Shown: positions 50,101 through 61,613 of the stretch, piece after piece | Layout: every line of letters starts with the position of its first letter | Numbering within the stretch: position 1 is the stretch's first letter | NCBI GenBank assembly: GCA_020137815.1 | Contig: CM035354.1 | Location: forward strand, 4,092,001 to 4,156,000 | DNA: 64,000 nucleotides | Direction of reading: 5' to 3' | Source of the DNA: Hormiphora californensis | Lineage: Eukaryota; Animalia; Ctenophora | The notes under the pieces: generated by a model | Seen by the model: the letters and a program-made list of their open reading frames with translations, nothing else | The model's database searches: none | Told to the model about the DNA's origin: nothing | Made by a program: the position numbers and the translations under genes

Positions 50101-53100
50101 CACGAAGGATGGCTAGTTGGGTTCTGAGAGCGTTCAAATCCCGCTCTAGATCACTGATGCTCACGCTCTATAAGTCCTTAGTGCGGTGCAAGTTGGAATA
50201 TTGTTCCCCACTGTGGAGTCCCTACAACATCGGAGATATACAGGCCCTTGAGAACATCCAACGGTTCTTTACAAGAAGGATTGAGGGAATGGAAAACCTC
50301 GACTACTGGGAGCGAATGAAAAAACTCCACCTCATGTCGTTACAAAGACGAAGAGAACGATACACTATTATTCAGCTATGGAAAATCAACAATGGTGTCG
50401 CCCCAAATAGCACCGGAACCCGGTTTTATCATCACGAACGGCTTGGAATAAAAGCCGAAGTTCCAAACCTGTACAGCGGAGCACAGAAGTCAATATCAAC
50501 AAAATACTTCAACTCCTTCGGTGTAAGGTCTGCTCGGTTATGGAATGCATTACCGAAAAATGTCAACACGGCAGAGACTTTGGACACGTTTAAGGTCGTG
50601 CTGGGACGGTGGCTCGATCAGTACCCGGACAATCCACCCGTGAAGGGTTATGTGACTCAGAATGGGAATTCAATCTTGGATTGGGTACTAGCGGTTCGGG
50701 CGAAGGGGGGAGGTCGGAGAGACTGACACCTTTTATGATTGTGTAATAAAGTGTTTCATTAAGTTCATTCATTAAGTTCATTAAGAAACTGACCCGTCGG
50801 CGTATGAAAAGCGGACAATAAATGTATATTTGTATTTGTATTTGTATTTGTATCGGGGTGTCGTGGTCAACCGTTTACCGGACCTGCCGCCTGGTTGTGT
50901 GTTGTGCATACTGCACTATGCACCTGCAGGCTCGTATAGTGTATGAGCGGATGTTGATTTTATTGACAATATCAATTCTGTTTTAATTTTGTAATCAAAA
51001 TAACCGTTCTCAGGAGAAAAGCAGACGACTTTCTGTCGACATTGCAGGCAAATCTCCAAACTGGCGGTAATACACGAGGAAGAAGAAAAGGTAATAAGTT
51101 TGCTGTTATTAGATAATACTTGTAGTGGTCTTATGAATGGCTTGCAATTGATCATTTGCTTGAGCATGACTCCTATTTTTTCTCCTAGGTGCTGGTGGAG
51201 TAAAACAGGTGCAGCAACGTGAGCCTCCTGCAGTGGTGAAAACAAGAACACCTCCAACTGTCAACCAGGTACACAATAAATTATATAAATATCAAATCTA
51301 ACTGAATTAGAAGAATCACAATGAATTATGAGAATTATGAAGAATTCCAACTGTAAAATCGTTTATACGTTTTCTCAGGCAAAGACAAAAAATGCAAGAG
51401 CCCAAAATTCGACATTACCAAAGAAGCAAAATGCGAACAAAGCGGTTAACGAACGACCAAAAGTGGTTAACGAACGACCACAGGTTGTTAAACCACCACC
51501 GCAAGATATTGCTGAATCACCACCCGAGGAAATTTCTATTCTTGAACCGCCACCCCCGCCTGCTAAAGAACCGACTATCCCAACTCTTAACTTGGCACAA
51601 GTTCCAGAAAGGGTCTCTCCGCCGGCCGTCTCTAGAAGTTATGACGCAAGTCCCACCGGGAAAAACAACTTTTACTTCAAAAATCAGTCAAACATTTTTA
51701 GTTGGGCAACAGAGCCGGTAGCTGCCACCCCTGTTGCGAGAAGTAATAATTTCCAGCGAGAGGAAGTGGAGGCAAACACAGCGAAGGAGCTTCAGAGGAA
51801 GCAATGGATTCAAGAACTAGGTAGTTTGATATTCCCTGCAGCAGTCCCTAATTCAGATTCAGAATTGAGTGTTGTAGAATAATAGAACAGTTGAACTAGA
51901 AGTTGTTAATTTTACTCCATTTCAGAGAAACAGATAGACACGAAAAAGTCTGGATCTGTTGCTATCCAGCAACCCCTGACCTCCCCAATGTCAGCTCTTC
52001 CCTCTCCTGCCAACAGTAACTGTCTCATGGGAGCAAACAGTCTTATGGATCCCCTAGAGGCGGAGAGAAGGCAGGACGCAAGGAGAAGGGCCCGCGAGAA
52101 CCAGGTATGTTTTTCAATTATCAGCTCTTCTATGTAATACAAGTGATACATGTCGTGTGAATGTGTGTGTGGTTGATTAATTATCATTTATTGTTGTACA
52201 ATTCATCTTAACCCAGGAGCTTATAAGGATTCAAGTTGAGGAGAAAGAGAGAAAGAAGAAGGAGGAGGAAGCTCGACTAAAACGTGAAGAGGAAGCTGAA
52301 ATGAGGAAGATTGAAGAGGAGGCAAGAAGGATGGCTGAGGAAGTGAAAAGAGAGCAAGAGAAATCAAAAGAAAAAGAGAGGAGACAGCTTGCACAGATCA
52401 TGGAGATGAGGAACAAGATTGAGGAAGCAACTAAACAAGCTGAGGCAGAAAAAAGGGGAAGGAGGAGTGGTGCTAGTCCAACTAAGACACCAGCCCCTAC
52501 ACGCGAGGTATTGGCTAAATGTTGTTGAGATGTTTTTATTCAAAATAAATTTTTCAAAACCTGAAAAACTATTCGTACAATGCCTAAACTCCGTAAAATA
52601 TATTCAGTTGCCGTTTTTTAATAGTCTGCCTAACACTCATCCTGTCTCAGGTTCAAAGAATACCAGCTCCTGTCCAGAGATCTCCTGCTCAACAAAGATC
52701 AACATCCCCTCCTCCGCGACAACAGTACCAATCTCCCGTCCAACAGTCATCCCAGCAGCAAAACCATAACCAACATTTCCAACAGTCATCCCAGTACCAG
52801 CAGCACCCTGTCCAACAATCATCACCTCAGCAACAACAATACCACCACCAGCCACCACCATCTCAACAATACCAGCCACCACCTCAGCAGTACCACCAGC
52901 CACCCCAAACTGGTAGTACCATGTACCACCAGCCACCCCAAACTACCATGATGTACGCTCCCCCTCCTGTTGTCCAACAAAGCACTGTCAGCACTCAGAC
53001 GGTCTGTGAGGTGTCCTGTCAGACGTCCACGACAGGAGAGCGAGAGGGAACAGCTAACAGCCGGCTACCATCAGATACTAAACTTATAGAACTACCGGTT

Positions 53101-54122
53101 AGTTGACGGGAGAGGGGTGGTAGAGAGAATCACATTTCACCTCATGGTATTGTACCATTCGTGTTTTGTTAGAAAATATTCAACCAAAACATTGTAATAC
53201 ATATTATATGTTTCAGGATAGGGAACTGTCAGTAATCCAAAAGAAGAAGAAGGCATCTACTGCAGTAGGGACGACTAGAAAGAAGAAGGGCCAACCACCG
53301 CCAGGACGGGTAGTAGCAGCAGAGAAACGAAGAAAACCACCCGCTGTTCAGTATGATAAGAATGGGAGGAGAATCAAAGCAGAGAAGGAGGAAGTTGTCA
53401 GCGCTCCTGCTGTGAGAACTGTTCCTGAAGGTAGGCAACGATCTTTTTGTTGCTTGATAAGATTCCCCCCTCTTTTTTCATTTTTGAGCGTTTCCCTAAT
53501 TTCCCTAATTCCCCAGTGGAGTCGCCTGCTTGTCGATCAATTGCGGACATTCTAGATGACCCCGGGAGATGCGAGGAGAACAACTCGGGACTGAAAATGA
53601 ATGAAAATCAGATTCAGATGCGATACACCTCACCTCAAAATGTAAGATTCGTTTGTTTTGTTCGAACAAGGCAAAGATTCGTTACTATAGCAATCATTCT
53701 ATAGTTATCATTATCTCTCTAATGTGTTTCCGTATCTCTCTCTCAGGAGGACAGGGCAATTCCTTCAGCGATCACAGAGCGACAAAATGACATCCTTGGC
53801 CAGCTAGAACGACTCCGCATGGTATGTAACTGCACAGTGTGGGATTCATAGTTAAACTGTGTTGTGAGAGTTCTTTGTGCTTGTGAAGCATGTGAATGAC
53901 GCGCCAAACTGAAATGGAGCGCGCAGTGTGTTCGATGTGATGAAAGTACAGCATTTCGGTATTGTTTGTTGCTGCGCGCCGTGGGAATAATCACATTTTG
54001 GTAATCGTGTTTTGAAACCTCAAGAAGTAACGACACATTTGTTTTTCAACAAGTAACGACACATCTGTTTTCAGGGGCTTCGAAATAGAAGAATGCACAT
54101 TCCAGCTGACGGAGCAGCGTGA
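47115..54122 (+). CDS. CCDC66: CCDC66-like centrosomal/ciliary coiled-coil protein, ~11 exons; intron 1 holds a CR1-type LINE
   Basis: Exons 47115-47137, 51014-51090, 51189-51268, 51379-51820, 51926-52104, 52217-52507, 52651-~53020, 53217-53430, 53517-53641, 53747-53821, 54075-54122. RKQWIQELEKQI, MDPLEAERRQDARRRARENQELIRIQVEEKERKKKEEE and ITERQNDILGQLERLRMGL resemble the conserved CCDC66 blocks. Confidence 0.7.
47190..50785 (+). mobile_element. CR1-group LINE, 5'-truncated in ORF1, intact ORF2
   Basis: ORF1 remnant with Cys/His fingers (CKKGKDCTKLHPKLC..CVEKDCPHLH) ending at 47724; ORF2 EN+RT with LEYCSPLWSP and SLQRRRERY; AATAAA then a (CATTAAGTT)-type tail at 50745-50785. Confidence 0.9.
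47712..50726 (+). CDS. CR1-type ORF2 (endonuclease + reverse transcriptase), 1004 aa from the first in-frame ATG
   Basis: MFLLNGRSI, ITESWL, VYRPP, GDFNLP, SDH, NYRPVSLTS, LDYSKAFDKVNH, GVPQGTVLGP, FADD; no stops or frameshifts. Confidence 0.93.
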   Translation: MFLLNGRSISPSAAGSTRWKIPFIESTILQTSSSVPPIALGITESWLKPYISDAQISLQGYSVFRSDRPERVGGGCVLYIHDDIPISFAHSFSDRECSIVLAFSEAKNLLFSCVYRPPDCSQKSFLSILDVLQQQINTLSNNNLPDMFILGDFNLPLFNWDIGSPPPNSSPGYAALSDFIGDNFLTQVVNQPTRGSNILDLIFTNTPQNVASIGTEATGISDHMLVECLLTINPTAALSPSTISWDYQSFRGINVHKGDFDEMSVDLMKIDWQELQQLCKESGDPEGEQFKELFVLTVLQIAIKHCPRKKPKPRNQKGPLEKLKRRRRKLKSRIEALTKIGNNSKKLSDLTDEENDISENIKELLLAPLEEEEERAVANIKVNPRYFFSYAKKLSTNRSSIAPLKRDNGTLTTDNAEKAELLQSQYCRVFTEPDSGDPEKSNEWVKEETNAILEDITFTTEDIKKALAELDPYSAGPDGDIPAKILSCCRAALSIPLHLLWEDSFASGVTPPSLKMQYIAPIFKRGDKTLAANYRPVSLTSNLLKTFERIVRNKLVDHLESNDLLPDSQHGFRRQRGCLTQLLDHMDNIFKELNSGNEVDCIYLDYSKAFDKVNHGILINKLEKLGVRGKVLAWIKNFLSDRFQTVTVEGTKSTFQPVKSGVPQGTVLGPVLFIIYIADLHHRIQHSKIGTFADDTKLSKAILSEQSSGELQEDLDSVVEWSEANSMALHDEKFEVIHYTLNKTSLLRQLPFTNNFRDYVTPTGITIAPTNNVRDLGILLSNDCSWTDHIGKISKDARRMASWVLRAFKSRSRSLMLTLYKSLVRCKLEYCSPLWSPYNIGDIQALENIQRFFTRRIEGMENLDYWERMKKLHLMSLQRRRERYTIIQLWKINNGVAPNSTGTRFYHHERLGIKAEVPNLYSGAQKSISTKYFNSFGVRSARLWNALPKNVNTAETLDTFKVVLGRWLDQYPDNPPVKGYVTQNGNSILDWVLAVRAKGGGRRD

Positions 54123-54410
54123 TACATAACCAACAGAGTCATCAATTTGTCAGAGACATTAAAAACATTTGTAAATAATTTAGTAATTGTTCCAAAAATG
54201 AGATTCAAAGCCTAAAATCTGGCAACCTTAAAAAAGAAACGTTTTGTTTGTTTGTTTGTTTGTCACTAAACCATGGGATACGCTCAGCAAACCTCCATAC
54301 CAACCCGGGTATGTGGCAACTATGGCGCTGAGTCCCTTTCTCTCCCCTGGGAGAGAAAGAGACTCATGGTTTAAATTTCTGGAACATTTGAGACGATCTT
54401 GGTCCGTTAG

Positions 54411-54556
54411 GTAACGTTTTGCCTTTGAGAGGGTCTTGGTCGGGTAGGTAACATTTTGCCTTTGAGAGGGTCTTGTTCTTGAAAAAGGTAACGTTTTGCC
54501 TTTGAGAGGGTCTTGGTCGGGTAGGTAACATTTTGCCTTTGAGAGGGTCTTGGTCT
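54411..54556. repeat. 37-39-bp tandem repeat x4
   Basis: GTAACRTTTTGCCTTTGAGAGGGTCTTG at 54411, 54448, 54487, 54525. Confidence 0.9.
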
Positions 54557-56056
54557 GAGTTGATATTTATCGTATGTTGGTCTGTCTGGGGCACACTCTC
54601 AAGCTATGTCTTGTCTTACTCTTAATTATTGAATAGTCAATTACATTCACAATATCAACTATACACAATGAATGAACAAACAATACGGACAGGTGAACTT
54701 ACGACCATGATGGATGATTGATATTGTTAGTATTATTCTATTGTTAGAGATGTGTTGAGTGGATGATAGCCAGTTTAGTTTCCGAAGTATATGCTGTCCT
54801 TTAATTTATAAGCACTCCCGATCTTATTCCCTGTATTTTAGCCTTTTTTCACTATATGGGAGGATGATGGATAATAATTTTTCCTGTGGGTGTTGGTGAG
54901 GGGGCTGGCAACCACATACCTCATGACGGACAAAGTTGCAGGAGCAGGTGACGGCTTTTACCTTACATTCTGCATTCTAGTCCACATAGCGACTCTCCTA
55001 TTCGCTGGACTCCTCTACCGCCTACCCTCACAACCGGCACCGTGCCCAACAACATAGCCGTGGCGGAGGACCAGGAATCTGTGAAAGAACATTACCAACC
55101 CAAGAGGGTCTCCTACTCGAGCAACAGTGATGGTGTGGTGGTGGGAAATCGGACTGCAGTTGTCAATGAATATTTCACCGAAACATGAATATGGACTGAT
55201 TCCAGGAAAAGTTAGAGACATACAGAAATAGAGAGATAGAGAGATATAGCGAGAGAGAGAGAGACATACAGAAACAGAGAGAGAGAGAGATATCTGTATA
55301 TATATAGAGAGAGAGAGAGATCATTAAACTCATGTCGATTTTCGAGTCCAGTTACCGTGATACCCTCCAGTCCTTTTGAGCCTCCCCCTCCTTGCACAAC
55401 AAAGGCTTCACAAGCTCGCGAGATCGAGAAAGAGATAAGAGAAAACAGTGAAAATTACCTATTGTTTTCAGTTCTTTGATCATCTTCTTCATGTTCTAAG
55501 CTCGATAGTGAAACTCTGATTATAAATATATTTGATTAACTACCCCGCGACCCACGAGGTCATGACCGGCCCTCACCAGCATTAATACCAGTATAATAGG
55601 TATATCTTGTACTGTCAAATTAGTTTTTGTCGCTGCTCCATCTCGCCATGCAGCAAGAAGGTACAATGTCGAGCAGCGATTACATATTTGTTGATAGTTT
55701 TATAGTCGTGCAAATGATTAGTGCTTGCCTAAAGAGAATTAATTCTCTGGGACTATTTTAGGTTTTAATTTAAAGTTTAGAGATAATTTAGAGATACTTT
55801 TAATGATTCAGATTTACCAGATCTGCACGTTTTTTGTTTCTTTTTAAAAAGGAACAGCTTGTTAAAGCGGTACACTATCTGCCATTGCAAACATGAATCA
55901 TGATGGTGTATTGCAGATGATTTTAACCCCTAGCTCAGCTGTCCGGCGCTGCAGACCCCATCTGAGTGCACTGTCAAATCGGGGTCTGGCACCGCCAGAT
56001 AGTGGCCCAGTTAACGTCTTAAGATTAAAAAAGAAACGTGTTATCAGTTTGTTTTT

Positions 56057-59000
56057 TCACGTCAATAATTCAACAATCTTTTCATCGCACGTCATGTCTT
56101 TTGGCTGTCGTCCAAAATTGTCTCTGAGTGTCCGAGATGCGCCTAACTTTAAAAGCACAATCACCATTTCCTGCAAACTTTCTTTGGCCGCGTAATGAAG
56201 GGCAGTACTTCCTTGCTCCGTTTTCAAATCAATAAAGGCTGCCTTTCGTGTCGTAGAAGCACGCTTCACTGAGGGGAGAGAGAGAGTGAGATAAATGATA
56301 TCATTTGTGAACTGTTCAATGGTCGAAAACAGATGACTATCGGTGACATTGTTCACGGACTGGATCGGACCGAGGAGGGGGTGGGGGCTGGATCTAATCG
56401 GACCGGGGAGGGGGCGGGGGATTTGGTTACGAAATAACCCCTGGGGCGCTGAAAAGGGAGGGTAACTTCGTAACCAAGGGCTGGATCTAATCGTACCTGT
56501 TATGGGAGTAGTTGTTTTGGAGCTGTGTTTTTGTAAAGAATGGGTACGGGATACTCTTCTCTTGCTATTTCTTGATCCTGAGATCGCTTCCTGCCCATTC
56601 TTGACACACCACTCAACCATTTCTCTCTGAAAGAAAGAAGTGATTGGACACAAGCAATTTTAATTAGAGAATACTGAAAAGATTTACAGCAGGCCAGGAG
56701 GGGGTTTTTGAAAAAGTTGTTGATGCGAAAAGATATAGCGTTCAGAAATAAGACGAGTCTACTATACGGGGAAATGAGATGTGAGAAATAAAGACATCCC
56801 TATCATACCTGATCAGCTTGGGTAGTGTGGTGGAGAATGGTCCTCCCCTGAATATCCAGTTGCAGGATATCCGCCCCGTACTCCATCAGCAGCTCACATA
56901 CCTCCTTGTGGCCCATCCTAGAGGCATCCATCAGAGGGGTCAGACCACTCCTATCTGACTGGAAATATGGAAGTGTGTCATATTAACGGGTTAACAAGAT
57001 AGACAACGATATAATGGTACTAAATCAAATAAATTGACAGAAGCTTTCGAGATCACTGTGTATCACGTCTTCAGCTATAATGAGAGTGAGGGTGGTAGTC
57101 CTTATAAGGGAGGAGAAGAGATAGGTGATCCAGAGGGAGGAGATGTGGTTAGGAAGGAGAGGTGATCCAGGGAGGGGAGAGGTAAGTGATCCAGGGAGGA
57201 GAGCAGCTAGGAAGCGGTAGGTGATCCGAACTATATTATATTATATTATATTATATTAACGGGTGACAACTAAAAATCTGGACAATTTTCTGTGAGCTCT
57301 AGCGCCGGCCCCGCTTGAGATACATCTTCAGGCCTGAGCTAGAACGATTTTTCAGACAATTTTGAATCAGAATAACACAACAGAAAAAACTAAAAAGTTC
57401 ATTTTCATTGCGTTATCGCAACATTTCCTCTTGACCCACCAAAGCATGTGTACGGAGATTTGAGATTTCTGTGTGATCAGAAACGACCTTCCTGATGACA
57501 TAAAATTCTCAAATTTGAAATAATGGTTGTTCATGCCATAACCAACATAACTGCCAAGTTTCAACATTTTAGCTTATCGGGAAGTTGGTTTTCCACGTCA
57601 TAAATGTTTCGAGAGATCGTCAAAATGGCGATTTCTCAAATTACCTGTAAACTACGCTTTGAAGGGTTTGCTACAGATGATTCTGTGATTAGAATTGAGA
57701 TTATCGGATTATCGGAGATTATCGGAGTGTGAAATAAAGCTGCCCCGAAGCTGTATCTCAAAAAGAACAGGCGCTAGAGGTGCTAGAAAAGTGTGTAAAT
57801 TTCAAGTACTACATGCTTTGGTGGGTCAAGAGGAAATGATGCGATATCGCAATGAAAATGAACTTTTTAGTTTTTCCCGTTGTGTTATTCTGATTCAAAA
57901 TTGTCTGAAAAATCGTTCTATCACTGGCCTGAAGCTGTATCTCAAGCGGGGCCGGCGCTAGAGCTCACAGAAAATTGTCCAGATTTTTAGTTGTCACCCG
58001 TTATATATAGGGTACGGGGATTTAATTGTTAAATGTTAAGGATTTAAATAATTCATTGACGACGGACGTGAGACGTCTATGTCAAGGCAGGCTTAGGCCT
58101 CAGCTATTTTGGATTTTCATAGATTATTGGCCAATTATAAAACGATCGCAGCTTAATTGAGCCAGGATCAAATGCACACCAATGTACCGTCTAATTCTTT
58201 ATAAAATGTGATTCACAGAAAAACTACTTTATTTCTGTTGGCGTTATTCCATTACTATTCTCTTGTTTTTCTTTTGAATTCCATTAGTCTAAAAACAGTT
58301 GATCGGCAAAGTAGGAGCACTCACACGTTAATTAGTTCATTAATTAGCGTCAAAGATTTTTGTCCTGAATTTTAGCGACAATTTTATTCCGGTCACGAAT
58401 TTAGTATCCATTCTCTTTGTGGCGATTTTACTATTTTCGTTAGTCGCGTCATTAACACATGGATGGACAATTGTCGACAATGGCCATCAAATCTAGATTG
58501 AAACTTTTCCAACTAATTTACCGCCCCCCCTCTCTCTATCTTCATTTCTTGACGAGTATTAAACTGTGTTTGTTACGCCAGCTCGTATATTTTACTTGAT
58601 TCTAGAATCAGACAGTTAGTTGTCGATTTGCGAAACAAGCTCGTGGCTAGAACTGGTTAGGTCCAGCTCCCCCTCACATATAGCATGAACTGGTTAGGTC
58701 CCCACCCCTACACCATACGTTCCTTCTTATTTCATTACTTTCTTTGTAGAACCGGTTTTAGAAACTGGAAATGCAGCCTAGGACTGTTTAACCAGTACGG
58801 CCGGTTTATATCTCTTATCACTTATTACAGAGGGGTATGTGACTTCAAGTCTGTGCTAGTAAAACATTATGAAATGAATTATTGAGATAAGAAATTAGAG
58901 TTCTGTTCTGCACTTTATAAATATATTGATTAATTTATCAATTTATCAATTAAGGTGACGATATAATTATTAACATGCGTGATCTAGTGTTAAACATAGT

Positions 59001-59168
59001 AAAGACATGTCTCTTTGCGTAAAATGGGGTCTGTAAAATAAGACATGGAAGGATCATAAGCTAGAAACGATAGATAGTGAGAAAGAAGCGGGTGAGAGCC
59101 ATATTGACGGAGGAAAAAAAGATAGAGTGAGAGAAAGAGAGAAATAAAGAGGGAGAGAAATAGATGGA

Positions 59169-59238
<70 letters not shown>

Positions 59239-60955
59239 GAGTGGGAGAGTGGGAGAGACGAGTGACGAGTGACGACAAGTGAAGGAGAAGAAAGATAGAA
59301 AAGACAGAGAAAGAAAATAAGAAGAGAGATAGAAAAGAGAAAGAAAGAAAATAAGAAGAGAGATAAAAAAGAGAAAGAGATGGTGATATTGGCATGACTG
59401 GAGCACAGAATAAAATTGAAACTAGTGTGAAGTGTGCGGAAAAACCAATTTACCAGTTACTCTCAGCTGGCGTATTGGACACCTCTATTTATACTAATGT
59501 GAATAAAATATGAAATAGGTGGTAAAAATAGGACTCCCTCACACCGTCTTGACACCATTTCAACGTCATGAGTTTCAGATTGCCCTGTTTTAAAATCACA
59601 AAACCAGCCTTGTGTTTTTAATTGCCTCGAATATATACTTTCGGAAATTGTGTGGCGTGTCACTGTGCAAGATATTCCCCACTCTGCAGTCTGCTTTTGA
59701 GAATCTCATGATATTTCAAAAATAGACACTTTTCCGGCCCCCGCTACAACCTGCATACAGGTCACGGCGACAAAAATAACCCGTGGTCATGGTCGTGAAG
59801 TGGATGTGGTTGAAACCCCCCTCTTGTTTTGTGTCCCGCCAATCCATTCTTGTTTCAACGGGGTCCACCCAAGTCCCATCCGTACATTATGAATAGTTAT
59901 ACCACTTTGATTATTGTTCACAATCACAGAACTAATTACTGAATTTTATCTTTAATTAACGCCAACTAAATCCTCCAACCACATTGATATGAAAATGCGT
60001 GCGTTGATTCTTTTACTAGTTTGTCACAACTACCAATTAACTATCAATTAACTACTAATTAACTCGTCTAACTACTAATTAACTCGTCTAATTATACATC
60101 AATTAACACTATATTAACTAACCACATTAGCAGATGTGCCATGATCCAATAGCCACTTGCAGGCACGCTGGCTACGGTTAAGAGCAGCAGAGTGTAAAGG
60201 AGATCGGCCGTTCCTGCTAACAGTTCCTGTCCAGTTTTATAGTGGTGAGTAGGGTGGGAGATGTTTGGGTGAGGTTGTGTATTGAATAATGGTTATTATT
60301 ATGTTGTGTATTGAATAATGGTTATGTTATGTTATGGTTAGTACAACTGTAGTGGCGTTAATTAACGGTCACGGTGAATCAATCTAAAGTAGTAAAACCA
60401 GGTGCTATCCCAGTGACTCACGTATAAGATCCTCTGATGTATTATGCAGTAACTGGAGAATCTGCACCGCGTCTGCACGTGCAGCTATGTGCAAGGCATT
60501 CCAGCCATCCTTATTGCGGAGGTCCGCCTGAGCACCCCAACTTAGAAAACGCTCCACCTAGTAGCGGGAGAATGGGATTAAATAGGGCCACAAATGCAGG
60601 AGCACTATCCCCAACCCTTTTGCTAACAACTTAGATTTTAATTTAATTTTCGTGTTATCGGCGTTACCTAAGTCAAAAGATTGGACTCTCATTCCGAGGG
60701 AAAAACACGACTCTCTCTTTTATTCTTTCTCCTATTCTCTCTTTCCCTATTTCTCTCCTTCTTTCCCTATTTCTCTCCCTCCCTCGCTGCCTCCCTCGCT
60801 ACCTCTCTCTCCCTTTCCTTCCTGTTTCTCTAATGGCCTAACTCTCATGGAACCGGTTTTTGCTTTTAACGCGTCTCGTGGTAAAGAACTCTCTTACATC
60901 ACGTCGGGGTATAAAAAGGGGTCCTGCATGAGCGAAGGGTGAACTTCTCTCTCTT

Positions 60956-61028
<73 letters not shown>

Positions 61029-61272
61029 TGGCCCCTGATTCCTTTTATCTGATCTGTATACCATTCTCTAATCGAGGTTATAGGGGTTATATAGAGTCAC
61101 TCTACAGACCTAGATATATTTCTATTTCCATGGTTTTGTAAGGAAAGTTTCTATTTACAACTCGCCAGTAACCCACCCTTCATCATCCCCCGCATCCCCC
61201 TCGCCAATAACCTCCTTCATCTCCCGCAGCATGTATGAAAAAATCAAAAAGAGAAATGTTATCTGGACTCAT
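56057..61272 (-). CDS. Ankyrin-repeat protein, multi-exon; ends uncertain
   Basis: Exons near 60225-60124 (NGRSPLHSAALNRSQRACKWLLDHGTSANV), 56957-56808 (SGLTPLMDASRMGHKEVCELLMEYGADILQLDIQGRTILHH), ~56626-56530 and 56268-56057 (QGSTALHYAAKESLQEMVIVLLKLGASRTLRDNFGRQPKD). Putative first exon from ATG 61272 contains indels. Confidence 0.65.
57035..57080 (-). ncRNA. Degenerate minimal type I hammerhead motif in a probable Penelope-like terminal-repeat remnant
   Basis: Minus strand TTATAG-CTGAAGA-C-GTGATACACAGTGATCTC-GAAA-GCTT-CTGTCA; palindromic AAGCTT stem III, imperfect stems I and II. Confidence 0.4.
57259..58001. mobile_element. Tc1/mariner-type MITE with ~190-bp TIRs
   Basis: ACGGGTGACAACTAAAAATCTGGAC... 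mirrored by ...GTCCAGATTTTTAGTTGTCACCCGT; TA on both sides; arms run to ~57450 and from ~57810. Confidence 0.9.
59170..59240. repeat. (GA)n microsatellite
   Basis: Seen directly. Confidence 0.95.
60945..61025. repeat. (CT)n microsatellite
   Basis: Seen directly. Confidence 0.95.
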
Positions 61273-61613
61273 ATCCGTACTTGGTTCTGTGGCCCAAACA
61301 CTAAGTAAGTATTCTTATCTCCCATCAGTTGTCGCATGCAGTTTGCATAGATAAATCCGCAGTACAACTCTGCCAGCTGCAGAATTGTACCGTGAGAAAA
61401 CTCAAGATAAGAATAACTTCACCACTTGCCGTAGTTTCGTTGTATCTTTCCAAATTGTACCCTTCCCTGTAGAAGCAGCCCCCACCCTTTCCCCGATATA
61501 TCTTTACACCCTATATCTCACACCCTGTCTACCAGTATATATTTGCAGCGGTAACCTGCCACCAAGGCCATCCCTACCCAACCGTGGGGGAGTGAGGAGG
61601 AGGCGGCCGAGTC

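Noticed and set aside
54964-56020. Possible extra minus-strand exons downstream of the ankyrin gene
   Set aside because: Splice-like signals exist, but I could not build a consistent, recognisable reading frame.
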